Part shown: piece after piece, positions 39,260 through 49,160 of the stretch
Layout: each line of letters begins with the position of its first letter
Numbering within the stretch: the first letter of the stretch is position 1
DNA from: Bacilli bacterium
GTDB taxonomy: Bacteria > Bacillota_I > Bacilli_A > RF39 > UBA660
Reading direction: 5' to 3'
NCBI GenBank assembly: GCA_046704245.1
Contig: JBJKSD010000001.1
Location: forward strand, 2,993 to 66,992
DNA length: 64,000 nt
Notes under the pieces: generated by a model
Database searches by the model: none
What the model saw: only the letters and a program-made list of their open reading frames with translations
What the model was told of the DNA's origin: nothing
Program-made: the position numbers and the translations under genes

Positions 39260-40285
39260 ATGAATAAAATAACAGATAAGGATAAAGCCTTAGAACAAGT
39301 TTTAAATGAAATAGAAAAACAATTTGGTAAAGGTTCAATCATGAAGTTAGGTGAACATAGTCATATTGAAGTAGATACATGTCCTAGTGGATCGATAGCA
39401 TTAGATATTGCCTTAGGTGTGGGTGGTTTTCCCAAGGGGAGAATAATTGAAATATTTGGTCCAGAATCAAGTGGTAAGACAACTTTTGCTTTACAGGCGA
39501 TAGCTGAAGCGCAGAAACAAGGAGGACGTGCAGCTTTTATCGATGCAGAGCATGCTTTAGATCCAGTATATGCTAAAAAATTAGGGGTTAATATCAATGA
39601 ATTGTTATTATCACAACCTGATACTGGTGAACAAGCTTTAGAGATATGTGAGGCTTTAGTACGCAGTGAAGCGGTCAATATTATTGTCGTTGATTCAGTA
39701 GCAGCCTTAGTACCACAAGCGGAAATTGAAGGCGAAATGGGCGATAATCACGTTGGTTTACAAGCTAGATTAATGAGTCAGGCCTTAAGAAAATTATCTG
39801 GAACTATTGGTAAAACTAAGACAACCGCTATCTTTATTAACCAATTACGTGAAAAAATAGGAGTTATGTTTGGTAATCCTGAAACTACTCCTGGTGGTAG
39901 AGCCTTAAAGTTTTACTCAACTATCCGTTTAGATATTAGAAGAGCTGAACAATTAAAATTAGGTGAAAATGTTATTGGTAATCGCACGATTGTCAAAGTA
40001 GTTAAAAATAAAGTGGCCCCACCTTTTAAAACAGTTTCAGTTGATATGATCTATGGTGAAGGAATCAGTAGAGAAGGAGAAATAATCGACTTAGCAACTG
40101 ATGCTAATATTCTAGAAAAAAGTGGGGCATGGTATGCATATAAAGGAGAAAAAATTGGCCAGGGTAAAGAAAATGTCAAGGCTTTATTAAAAGAAAATAC
40201 TAAACTTAAAGAAGAATTAGAACAAAAAGTTAGAGATTATTATGGTATAGGTGCTAATAAAAAAACGCAAGATAAAGAAAAATAG
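39260..40285 (+). CDS. recA: Recombinase RecA
   Basis: GPESSGKTT Walker A and the characteristic RecA blocks. Confidence 0.97.
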   Translation: MNKITDKDKALEQVLNEIEKQFGKGSIMKLGEHSHIEVDTCPSGSIALDIALGVGGFPKGRIIEIFGPESSGKTTFALQAIAEAQKQGGRAAFIDAEHALDPVYAKKLGVNINELLLSQPDTGEQALEICEALVRSEAVNIIVVDSVAALVPQAEIEGEMGDNHVGLQARLMSQALRKLSGTIGKTKTTAIFINQLREKIGVMFGNPETTPGGRALKFYSTIRLDIRRAEQLKLGENVIGNRTIVKVVKNKVAPPFKTVSVDMIYGEGISREGEIIDLATDANILEKSGAWYAYKGEKIGQGKENVKALLKENTKLKEELEQKVRDYYGIGANKKTQDKEK

Positions 40286-40399
40286 GACGAATTATCGTCC
40301 TTTTCTTGACTTTATATTTAATGCCATTTACAATATAATAGAAGCATTATATTAGATACCATTTTATAATGCTTATTAGAAGGGATATGGAGGTTAATT

Positions 40400-41953
40400 A
40401 TGACTAATTATTGGTTCTCCATCTTTCTTGTTATGATTGGTATAATTGTTGGGATAGCAGCAATTTTAATTATTAATTACATCAAAGGTAAAACAGCAGC
40501 AAATAGAGCTGATAATATAATTGACAAAGCAAGAAAAGAAGCGGAGCGAATAAAAAGAGATTCTCTTTTAGAAGCTAAAGAAGAAACCTATAAATTAAAA
40601 TTAGAGGTTGACAAAGAAATAAAAGAGAAGAAAAATGAAGCTAAAGAAATTGAAGAACGTTTATTACAAAGAGAAAGTAATATTGATCGAAGAGATCAAA
40701 CACTTCAAAATCGTGAAAATTTAATAGCGGAAAAAGAAAATACTATAATTGAAAAACAAAGAACCCTACAAGAAGATTATGATGTTTTAGAAGAAAAGAA
40801 GAAAGAACAGATTGTATTACTAGAAAAGATATCTAAACTATCTAAAGATGATGCTCGTAAGATGATTATGAAGCGCGTAGAAGAAGATATTGCTAAGGAT
40901 ATAGCTGAATATATCAAAGAAAGAGAAGTTGAAGCTGAATTAGAAGTTGATAAGAAAGCTAAAGATCTATTAGTCAACAGTATGCAAAAATATGCAGCTG
41001 ATGTAGCTAGTGAACAGACAGTTACAGTTGTCAATTTACCTAATGACGATATGAAAGGCCGTATTATTGGCCGTGAAGGTCGTAATATTAGAACTATTGA
41101 AGCTATTACTGGGGTCGATTTAATTATCGATGATACTCCAGAAGCGGTCGTCTTATCTAGTTTTGATCCTCTACGTAGAGAAATTGCTAGATTAACTCTT
41201 GAAGGATTAATTAAAGATGGACGTATTCATCCAGCTCGTATTGAAGAATTATATGATAAAACATGTAAAGAAATAAAGACTAAGATTAGAGAACATGGTG
41301 AAGAAGCATTATTTGAATTAGGTATAACTAAGATGGAACCTGAACTAGTTGATATTTTAGGAAGACTATATTATCGTACTAGTTATGGCCAAAATGCTTT
41401 ACAACACTCTAAAGAAGTAGCTCATCTAGCGGGTGTTATTGCTAGCGAGATAGGTGAAAACGTTACTTTAGCTAAAAGAGCTGGTTTATTACATGATATA
41501 GGTAAAGCTATCGACCATGAATTAGAAGGTAGCCATGTTGAAATAGGTGTCAATCTAGCTAAGAAATATAAAGAAGATAATACCGTTATTAATGCAATAG
41601 CATCTCATCATGGTGACGAACAACCTAATAGTGTTATTTCCGTATTAATAGCTATCGGTGATGCTCTATCAGCATCAAGACCTGGAGCTAGAAACGATTC
41701 ATTAGAAAACTATATTAAACGATTAGAACAACTAGAAAGTATTGCTAACGATATTGAAGGTGTCGATAAGACCTTTGCAATGCAAGCTGGTAGAGAATTA
41801 AGAGTTATTGTTAAACCAGAAAAAATCGACGACGTAACCAGTTATAAGATAGCTAGAGATATTAAAGAAAAGATTGAACATGAAATGCAATATCCTGGTA
41901 CTATTAAAATAACTGTTATAAGAGAAACAAGAGTTCAAGAAGAAGCCAAATAA
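40400..41953 (+). CDS. rny: Ribonuclease Y
   Basis: N-terminal transmembrane helix, coiled coil, KH domain ([12 protein letters not shown]) and HD domain ([10 protein letters not shown]...LLHDIGK). Confidence 0.95.
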   Translation: MTNYWFSIFLVMIGIIVGIAAILIINYIKGKTAANRADNIIDKARKEAERIKRDSLLEAKEETYKLKLEVDKEIKEKKNEAKEIEERLLQRESNIDRRDQTLQNRENLIAEKENTIIEKQRTLQEDYDVLEEKKKEQIVLLEKISKLSKDDARKMIMKRVEEDIAKDIAEYIKEREVEAELEVDKKAKDLLVNSMQKYAADVASEQTVTVVNLPNDDMKGRIIGREGRNIRTIEAITGVDLIIDDTPEAVVLSSFDPLRREIARLTLEGLIKDGRIHPARIEELYDKTCKEIKTKIREHGEEALFELGITKMEPELVDILGRLYYRTSYGQNALQHSKEVAHLAGVIASEIGENVTLAKRAGLLHDIGKAIDHELEGSHVEIGVNLAKKYKEDNTVINAIASHHGDEQPNSVISVLIAIGDALSASRPGARNDSLENYIKRLEQLESIANDIEGVDKTFAMQAGRELRVIVKPEKIDDVTSYKIARDIKEKIEHEMQYPGTIKITVIRETRVQEEAK

Positions 41954-41990
41954 AAAAGAGCTAATTATTTAGCTCTTTTATTTTTCACAT
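41954..41990. terminator. Bidirectional terminator between rny and rnjA
   Basis: AAAAAAGAGCTAAttatTTAGCTCTTTTATTTTT. Confidence 0.7.
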
Positions 41991-43647
41991 CCATTATGAC
42001 AGGTAAGATAATTGGTTTTCTACCTGTTTTTTCATATATAAATGGTGCTATTTCTTGAATAAGGTTATTCTTTAATTCTTGATAATTTAATCTAGATGTC
42101 TTTAAACTTTTTATAATAATAGTATTAGCCATATTACTAATCTCTTTAATTAATTCTTCATTCTCGTTTATTTGAATAAACCCTCTAGTAGTAACTGTCG
42201 GTTTTATCAATAACTCATTTCTTTTAACATTAATATTAGCAATAATAACTAATATACCATCACTAGACATAATCTTACGGTCTTTAATAACAATACTACC
42301 AATTATCCCAATACGATTACCATCGATATAAACATTAGTAGCTGGTACAGTACCATTCTTTTTAATATCATTTCTATTCATTAATAGTACATCCCCATTA
42401 TCTAACACAAAGGTATTCTTTTTAGGTATATCACATTCAATAGCAATATCAGCGTGCTTTTTTAACATGCGATAATCACCATGATAAGGCATAAAATATT
42501 GAGGATTAATAAGTCTAATCATCAATTTTAATTCTTCCACTGGCGCATGCCCCGATGTATGTACTTCACTTAAAGTAGTATTAGTATATACTTCAACACC
42601 TTTTAAATATAATTTATTAATAGTACGAGATATACTAGCAGCATTACCAGGAATAGGTGAAGATGAAAATATTACTATATCTCCAGGAATAACCTGTATT
42701 TGTTTATGTGATCCATCAGCTATTCTAGATAGAGCAGCTAGTGGTTCACCTTGTGATCCAGTACATAAAATAGCTATCTGATTATGAGGTAAACTATTAG
42801 CTGTTTCAGCATCAACTATAATATCATCTTTAATATATCCGCAACTAACACCAATCTCTAATTGGGTTTCCATACTTCTACCAAAGACCGCAATTTTACG
42901 ATTATTAGCACGACAAGTTTCAACAATATGTTTTAAACGATAGACATTAGAAGCAAAAGTAGCAATAATTACGCGACCATTATGTCTTTTAATAATTTCA
43001 CTTAAAGCCTCATCAACTTTTGATTCACTCATCGATACCCCTTCAACTAAGGCATTAGTACTATCACTTAATAATAACTTAACCCCTTTACTACCAATTC
43101 TAGCCATCTTATGGATATCAGCCATCGGTCCAATAGGAGTCCAATCAAACTTAAAATCACCAGTAAGAACAATAGTTCCATTAGGTGTTTGAATAGATAA
43201 TCCATGTGAATCAGGAATAGAGTGAGTTGTTCTAAAGAATTCTATTTCCAAATGTCTAAATTTTATTTTAGTATTCTCATCATAATAATTAATATTTTTA
43301 TAGTTAATATTTCTTTCTTCTAATTTCTTTTTAATTAATCCTGCTGCTTGTTTAGTAGCATAGATAATAGGAATATTAATAGTCTGTAATAAAAAAGGAA
43401 TACCCCCAATATGATCTTCATGTCCATGGGTAATAATAAGAGCTTTTATCTTATTTTGATTTTCCTTTAAAAAACTATAATCAGGTATAACATAATCAAT
43501 ACCTAATAATTCTTCTTCAGGAAAAGCTACTCCCGCATCAATAATAATTAATTCATTATCATGCATTATACAATACATATTTTTTCCTACTTCACCCAGG
43601 CCGCCCAGGGCAAATATTTTAGTGTCATTACTTTCAAAAAACTTCAT
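41965..43647 (-). CDS. rnjA: Ribonuclease J
   Basis: Metallo-beta-lactamase HxHxDH (ITHGHEDHIGG), beta-CASP and the RNase J C-terminal domain. 560 aa. Confidence 0.9.
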   Translation of the reverse strand: MKFFESNDTKIFALGGLGEVGKNMYCIMHDNELIIIDAGVAFPEEELLGIDYVIPDYSFLKENQNKIKALIITHGHEDHIGGIPFLLQTINIPIIYATKQAAGLIKKKLEERNINYKNINYYDENTKIKFRHLEIEFFRTTHSIPDSHGLSIQTPNGTIVLTGDFKFDWTPIGPMADIHKMARIGSKGVKLLLSDSTNALVEGVSMSESKVDEALSEIIKRHNGRVIIATFASNVYRLKHIVETCRANNRKIAVFGRSMETQLEIGVSCGYIKDDIIVDAETANSLPHNQIAILCTGSQGEPLAALSRIADGSHKQIQVIPGDIVIFSSSPIPGNAASISRTINKLYLKGVEVYTNTTLSEVHTSGHAPVEELKLMIRLINPQYFMPYHGDYRMLKKHADIAIECDIPKKNTFVLDNGDVLLMNRNDIKKNGTVPATNVYIDGNRIGIIGSIVIKDRKIMSSDGILVIIANINVKRNELLIKPTVTTRGFIQINENEELIKEISNMANTIIIKSLKTSRLNYQELKNNLIQEIAPFIYEKTGRKPIILPVIMDVKNKRAK

Positions 43648-43764
43648 ATAAATCTCCTTTCTTTTTTGTTTATAAAGTATTAACTTATAACATTATAATA
43701 TTATTTTAGGGAAAAGTCTAATATTAAAACAAAAAAACTAAAGAATATTCTTTAGTTTTAATCT

Positions 43765-44178
43765 TTACTGCTCTATTTTAGTAAGAATTAAATCATAAAT
43801 AATTAATCCCGCTATTAACATTATAAAATATATCATATTATTACTTATAAAAAAGGTATTAATTGGAATGATGGGCTTAGTACTAACTAAAATAATATCA
43901 TGTGCAATCATAAATGTATCAAAAAGAGCCCTTAGAATTACAATCAGCATAAAAATAAATGAATATATACAAGTAAGATTATATGAGTTATTATATTTAA
44001 TTTTTTTATTATTTTTTATATGTTGCTTAATAAATAATACTATTAATATTAAAATTAAAGGATAAAAAATAAAGGTAATAAAAACATTAGTAGTTAGATA
44101 ATACTCTGGAAAAATCATGAAGGGTAGTAATATCAGTAAGAATAATATATTGCGTATCCAATATAACAATTTATTCAT
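43765..44178 (-). CDS. Module gene A2; 137-aa polytopic membrane protein; paralog of A1
   Basis: Blocks NLTCIYSFIFMLIVILR and TFFISNNMIYF. Confidence 0.55.
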   Translation of the reverse strand: MNKLLYWIRNILFLLILLPFMIFPEYYLTTNVFITFIFYPLILILIVLFIKQHIKNNKKIKYNNSYNLTCIYSFIFMLIVILRALFDTFMIAHDIILVSTKPIIPINTFFISNNMIYFIMLIAGLIIYDLILTKIEQ

Positions 44179-44830
44179 TTAAATTTCCTCCTAACTGGCT
44201 TAAAAACCAATTTGTTTCAAATTGTAGTTGTCTACTATATAAATTATAATAATTAGCAAGCAAATTAATTTCTAAGATTCGGCTTAATAAAGGATATCCA
44301 GTTAAATATTCACCTACATGATATTCATAATTTAATCTAAATTGTTCCTGTATAATATCTATATTTATCATTCCTGTATATAATTGAGTATCCAACAGTT
44401 CTTTAAAACCTTTTATATTTGTATCATATTTATCCATTATAATACTATTTTCCCTTAGTGGGGTGATACATTTATTAGCAACATCTGAAAAAAGTTTATT
44501 TTTATCTTTAATATTTATTTTCATTTTTCCTTTATAATCTAAAATAGTGGCTGTTTCAAGTTTAGATAAACAGTTTTTTAAGTTATTATTAAAAGCTGTT
44601 AAATCCTTTTTACTAATTTGACCAGTATAACTATTAATATTGATTGAATCAAGACTAGTTTTAATAGCTTTTAGATTTTGCTTAAAGGTATTTAAATGGC
44701 TGACCTTATTGAAGTCAATTATTTCTGTCTTCCTAATATCTAAAAAATGAAATATATTGATAATAATGCCAAACGATGTAATTGCTACAATTAAAAAAAC
44801 TAATATTTTTATAAATAAATTCTTTTTCAT
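44171..44830 (-). CDS. Module gene B2; 219 aa; paralog of B1
   Basis: MKKNLFIKILVFLIVAITSFGII transmembrane anchor. Conserved blocks are as listed for B1. It overlaps A2 by 8 nt (the AAATGAATAA stop/start overlap). Confidence 0.55.
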   Translation of the reverse strand: MKKNLFIKILVFLIVAITSFGIIINIFHFLDIRKTEIIDFNKVSHLNTFKQNLKAIKTSLDSININSYTGQISKKDLTAFNNNLKNCLSKLETATILDYKGKMKINIKDKNKLFSDVANKCITPLRENSIIMDKYDTNIKGFKELLDTQLYTGMINIDIIQEQFRLNYEYHVGEYLTGYPLLSRILEINLLANYYNLYSRQLQFETNWFLSQLGGNLNE

Positions 44831-44848
44831 TATATCCTCCTATAATAA

Positions 44849-45319
44849 TTATAAAATATTTCCATTTGGAGTCTTTTCTTTGTTTGTTTTTCTAGGAATA
44901 TTAAGCAAAATATTATAAATATCTAAACCTATTATCATAGGTAAAAAATATTTCATATTACTACTAATAAAGAAAGTATGAAATTTAGAAATATGAAGTT
45001 CTCCAGATGTTGTTAAAAAAGCATTACTATCTTTAATAATTATATATGAATCCCATTGACTTCTAAGTATTACTATTAATATAAAGATAAATGATACTAT
45101 ACAAGTAAAATTAAAGAGTCTATTTAAATTTATATCATTCTTTTTATAAATATATTGAATTAAGAAAAGTATTCCCAATATTATTATAAATATATAAAAT
45201 ATATATGGTAGTTTTTCTCCCCATTTTACTATTTCGCTATAACCAAATAATAATGGGATGATTATTATTACATATAAAATATTACGAATAATAAATAAAT
45301 ATTTACTCATTATTATCAT
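44849..45319 (-). CDS. Module gene A1; 156-aa polytopic membrane protein with about 4 transmembrane helices; paralog of 43765..44178
   Basis: Shared blocks with A2: NFTCIVSFIFILIVILR and TFFISSNM.YF. Confidence 0.55.
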   Translation of the reverse strand: MIIMSKYLFIIRNILYVIIIIPLLFGYSEIVKWGEKLPYIFYIFIIILGILFLIQYIYKKNDINLNRLFNFTCIVSFIFILIVILRSQWDSYIIIKDSNAFLTTSGELHISKFHTFFISSNMKYFLPMIIGLDIYNILLNIPRKTNKEKTPNGNIL

Positions 45320-45956
45320 CTCCTATCTGATCATATAACCAATTAGTAATAAACTCTAATTGAGCTATCAGTGCATAATGGTAACTTGCTATATTGTATA
45401 AATCTTGTTTATATTCCATTAAATAGTTCTGTGAATCAATAGCATAGTAATTATAATTACTATATACTTTTTGCATAATTGGTTCGCGACTTACCATTCC
45501 TAATAACAATTGGGGAGTTAATAATTTATCTATTTGTTTTAAATGGGTATCATTTTCGGCAATCATTTTAATAGATTGATTTATAGGTAGAGTACATCCA
45601 TTATCATCTTTAGTAATTAAATAATAGATATCTTTTACTGAAATATTTTCTTTATCTTTTAAGGATAAAATAGGGCTTTTCTCTAAACTATCTAGACAAC
45701 TATTAATATTAGTATTAACTTTAGTTAAAATGGTTTTATCCAACTGACCAGTATAATTATCAATATTAATCTTTTCAATGGCTCCTTTAGTACTTTTTAA
45801 AGTATCCTTAAACTCTTTATAAGGGCTTATCTCCTTAAAATTGATTGTTTCAGTTCTTCTAATTTCCATAAAATGAATAATATTACTGATAATACCAAAC
45901 GATGCAATTGATAGTACAATAAAAGCTAATAATTTAATAAATAAATTCTTGTTCAT
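45303..45956 (-). CDS. Module gene B1; 217-aa protein with an N-terminal transmembrane anchor and an extracytoplasmic domain; paralog of 44171..44830
   Basis: Shared blocks with B2: IRRTETINF, INIDNYTGQ, N.CL.SLE, LTPQLLLGM and FITNWLYDQIG. Its stop overlaps the start of A1 by 17 nt. Confidence 0.55.
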   Translation of the reverse strand: MNKNLFIKLLAFIVLSIASFGIISNIIHFMEIRRTETINFKEISPYKEFKDTLKSTKGAIEKINIDNYTGQLDKTILTKVNTNINSCLDSLEKSPILSLKDKENISVKDIYYLITKDDNGCTLPINQSIKMIAENDTHLKQIDKLLTPQLLLGMVSREPIMQKVYSNYNYYAIDSQNYLMEYKQDLYNIASYHYALIAQLEFITNWLYDQIGDDNNE

Positions 45957-46094
45957 ATATCCTCCTATAATAATTATAAAATATTTTTATTATGATGGAT
46001 AATAATTAAATAACACAGATGTAAACAAGAAGTAAACAACTATTAGTACTAAAATATAGGAAAATAACAATATTTTTGTTATAATACTGAGTAG

Positions 46095-47069
46095 GTGATT
46101 AACGTGGGTTTATTTAACAGAATTAAAACCTTATTTAAAAAAGATACTGAAGTGAAGGTATATAGTGAAGCTTTATCTAAAACAAGAAAAGATTTTGTAT
46201 CAAAATTAATTAATCTTACTAATAGACATCAAAAAATTACGGATGAATTTTTTGAAGAATTAGAAGAAATATTAATTATGGCTGATATTGGGGTTGATAC
46301 AGTATTAAATTTTATTGAACGTTTAAAAAAGAGAGTTAATAGTGAAAAAATAATTAATCCCCATGATTTAAAAGAAGTTATTGTTGATGAATTATTTGTT
46401 ATTTATGTAGGTAATGAAATAATAGTTAATAAGATTAATTATAGTGCTACTAAACCAACAGTTATCTTATTTGTTGGCGTTAATGGTACAGGTAAAACAA
46501 CTACGATTGGTAAATTAGCGTATCAATTAAAAAACGAAGGTAGAAAAGTAATGTTAGTTGCAGGAGACACTTTTCGTGCTGGAGCGACAGAACAAATAGA
46601 AGAGTGGGGTAAAAGAGTAGGAGTTAAAGTAATAGGTAAGGTAGGTAATGATCCTGCTAGTGTTATTTATACTGCCTTAGAAGAAGCTAAGCAAGATAAC
46701 TATGATGTTGTTTTAATAGATACAGCTGGTCGTTTACAAAATAAAGTTAATTTAATGCAAGAGTTAGGTAAAATAAATAAAGTTATTAATAATTTAGTAC
46801 CTAATGCTCCTCATGAAACCTTATTAGTAATTGATGCTACTACTGGGCAAAATGGTATTAGTCAAGCTAAAGCCTTTAAAGAGATTACTAATGTTACTGG
46901 TATAGTATTAACTAAACTAGATGGTACAGCTAAAGGTGGTATAGTATTAGCTATTAAAGAAGAAATAAATATACCTGTTAAATTTATAGGGCTTGGTGAA
47001 AAACTAGATGATTTAAAGGTATTTGATATTGAAAAATATATTTATGGTCTATTTGAAGAGATGATGTAG
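46095..47069 (+). CDS. ftsY: Signal recognition particle receptor FtsY
   Basis: SRP54-type GTPase: GVNGTGKTTT, DTAGR and TKLDG. 324 aa. Confidence 0.9.
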   Translation: MINVGLFNRIKTLFKKDTEVKVYSEALSKTRKDFVSKLINLTNRHQKITDEFFEELEEILIMADIGVDTVLNFIERLKKRVNSEKIINPHDLKEVIVDELFVIYVGNEIIVNKINYSATKPTVILFVGVNGTGKTTTIGKLAYQLKNEGRKVMLVAGDTFRAGATEQIEEWGKRVGVKVIGKVGNDPASVIYTALEEAKQDNYDVVLIDTAGRLQNKVNLMQELGKINKVINNLVPNAPHETLLVIDATTGQNGISQAKAFKEITNVTGIVLTKLDGTAKGGIVLAIKEEINIPVKFIGLGEKLDDLKVFDIEKYIYGLFEEMM

Positions 47070-47077
47070 GTGAGATA

Positions 47078-47371
47078 ATGGATAATGTTACTTATTTAAC
47101 TATTCTATATGATTTTTATGGTGAATTACTTAATAATAAACAACAGTTATACTTTACTGATTATTACTTTAATAATCTATCTTTAAGTGAAATGAGTGAA
47201 AACTTTAAAGTAAGTAGAAACGCTATTCATAAACAATTAAAAAGTATTGAACATAAATTATATGAATATGAACAAAAATTAAAATTATATAAAAAAAGTC
47301 AAAAACTACAATCTATTATTGATAAGATAGAAGATAAGCAAATAAAAGATAAATTAAAAGACTTATTATAA
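47078..47371 (+). CDS. ylxM: YlxM / UPF0122 putative helix-turn-helix protein of the ffh operon
   Basis: 97 aa. Its position between ftsY and ffh and the LSLSEMSENFKVSRNAIH sigma-70 region-4-like HTH. Confidence 0.7.
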   Translation: MDNVTYLTILYDFYGELLNNKQQLYFTDYYFNNLSLSEMSENFKVSRNAIHKQLKSIEHKLYEYEQKLKLYKKSQKLQSIIDKIEDKQIKDKLKDLL

Positions 47372-47383
47372 AGGTGTGATAAT

Positions 47384-48691
47384 ATGTTCGAATCGTTAGG
47401 TGAAAGATTAGATAAAGTTATTAAGAAAATTAAAGGTTATGGTAAGATAACTGAAGATAATATTAGTGATATGATAAGAGATATTAGAATATCTCTTTTA
47501 GAAGCTGATGTTAATTATCAAGTAGTTAAAGAATTTACTAATAAAGTAAAAGAAAAAGCTTTAGGTGAAGAAGTAAAGAAAAGTTTAAAACCAGGTGAAA
47601 TGTTCGTTAAGATTTTAAAAGATGAATTAACTGAATTATTAGGTGGTAATAAAGAAGATTTAAAGCTAAATAATAAATTAACAATTAATATGTTAGTGGG
47701 TCTTCAAGGTAGTGGTAAGACAACTACAGTGGGTAAACTAGGTAATTATATTCGCAAACAATATCATAAAAAACCTTTATTTATAGCATGTGATATCTAT
47801 CGCCCAGCAGCTATTGATCAATTAGTACAAATAGGTAAACAATTAGATATTGAAGTCTATACCGAAAATAGTAAAGATCCTATTAATATTGCAAATAATG
47901 GAGTTGAATATGCTATAAATAATGGTTATGAATATGTTTTAATTGATACGGCAGGACGCCTACATATTAATGATGAATTAATGACAGAATTAATAAATAT
48001 TAATAATGCTATTAATTGTGATGAAATATTATTAGTTATTGATAGTATGATGGGTCAAGATGCTATTAATGTTATTCAAGGATTTACTGAAAAGCTACCT
48101 ATTACTGGTGTTATCTTAACTAAATTAGATGGCGATACTAGAGGTGGAGTAGCATTATCAGTTAGACATCTAACCAATATTCCCATTAAATTTATCGGTA
48201 CTGGTGAAAAATTAGATGGTTTAGCAGAATTTCATCCCGAACGTATGGCTAGTCGTATTTTAGGTATGGGTGATATATTATCACTAGTAGAACAAGCAGA
48301 AGCTACCATTGATAAAGAAGAAGCTACTAAAACAGTTAAAAAGTTACAACAAGGTAAGTTTGATCTAGAAGATTTTTTAAATCAATTTAAACAGATAAAA
48401 AAACTAGGACCCCTTGAAAACATCATTAAGATGCTACCAGGAGCCCGTAAACTAGGTTTAAACAACATTAATATCGATCCTAAACAAATAGCTCGTATTG
48501 AAGCTATTATTCTATCTATGACTAAAAAAGAACGTAAGAATCCCGATATTATTAAAGCTAGTCGTAAAATACGTATAGCTAAAGGTAGTGGCACTACCGT
48601 TGAAGAAGTAAATAAACTATTAAACCAATTTGAACAAATGAAAAAGATGCTAAAAATGATGAAAAATGGTAATTTTAAACTCCCTCTATAA
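47384..48691 (+). CDS. ffh: Signal recognition particle protein Ffh
   Basis: N, G and M domains: GLQGSGKTTT, DTAGR, TKLDGD and the Met-rich C-terminus (KKMLKMMKNG). Confidence 0.95.
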   Translation: MFESLGERLDKVIKKIKGYGKITEDNISDMIRDIRISLLEADVNYQVVKEFTNKVKEKALGEEVKKSLKPGEMFVKILKDELTELLGGNKEDLKLNNKLTINMLVGLQGSGKTTTVGKLGNYIRKQYHKKPLFIACDIYRPAAIDQLVQIGKQLDIEVYTENSKDPINIANNGVEYAINNGYEYVLIDTAGRLHINDELMTELININNAINCDEILLVIDSMMGQDAINVIQGFTEKLPITGVILTKLDGDTRGGVALSVRHLTNIPIKFIGTGEKLDGLAEFHPERMASRILGMGDILSLVEQAEATIDKEEATKTVKKLQQGKFDLEDFLNQFKQIKKLGPLENIIKMLPGARKLGLNNINIDPKQIARIEAIILSMTKKERKNPDIIKASRKIRIAKGSGTTVEEVNKLLNQFEQMKKMLKMMKNGNFKLPL

Positions 48692-48771
48692 TTTATGTTT
48701 AAGAATTAGTCAATAATATATACCTTAAAGTAATTGCTGAATACACTAATTATAGATAAGGGGGTTTAAAA

Positions 48772-49104
48772 ATGGCATATATGAATAATTATGGATATGA
48801 ATATGAACCAATGGTAGATATGTCAGATAATAATATTTATGATGATCGTCAAGTTTCTATGGGTCCAACACCCGGAGTAGGATATCCACAAATGGGTCCA
48901 GTAACAACTCCACCAATAATTGAACCAGGAAGAGAAAGAGTAATCAATAGATGCATGGTTCATGAAGTTCCACATGTCTGCCCAATTAATACAAGAATAA
49001 TTAATAATCATATTTATAGACATACATATTGTCCAGCATATACATGCTGCGAACAAAACGTAGTTTCTCAAGTTTATGAGGGATGCTGCGGTCAGTTTAG
49101 ATAA
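48772..49104 (+). CDS. cotD: Spore coat protein CotD-like
   Basis: His/Cys-rich block VHEVPHVCPINTRIINNHIYRHTYCPAYTCCEQ with CotD-family-like repeated HxxxH/CC spacing. Terminator AAAGTTCCTATtataTAGGAACTTTTTTT directly downstream. Confidence 0.5.
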   Translation: MAYMNNYGYEYEPMVDMSDNNIYDDRQVSMGPTPGVGYPQMGPVTTPPIIEPGRERVINRCMVHEVPHVCPINTRIINNHIYRHTYCPAYTCCEQNVVSQVYEGCCGQFR

Positions 49105-49160
49105 AAAAGTTCCTATTATATAGGAACTTTTTTTGTTATAATTAATATGAGGTGTAGTAT

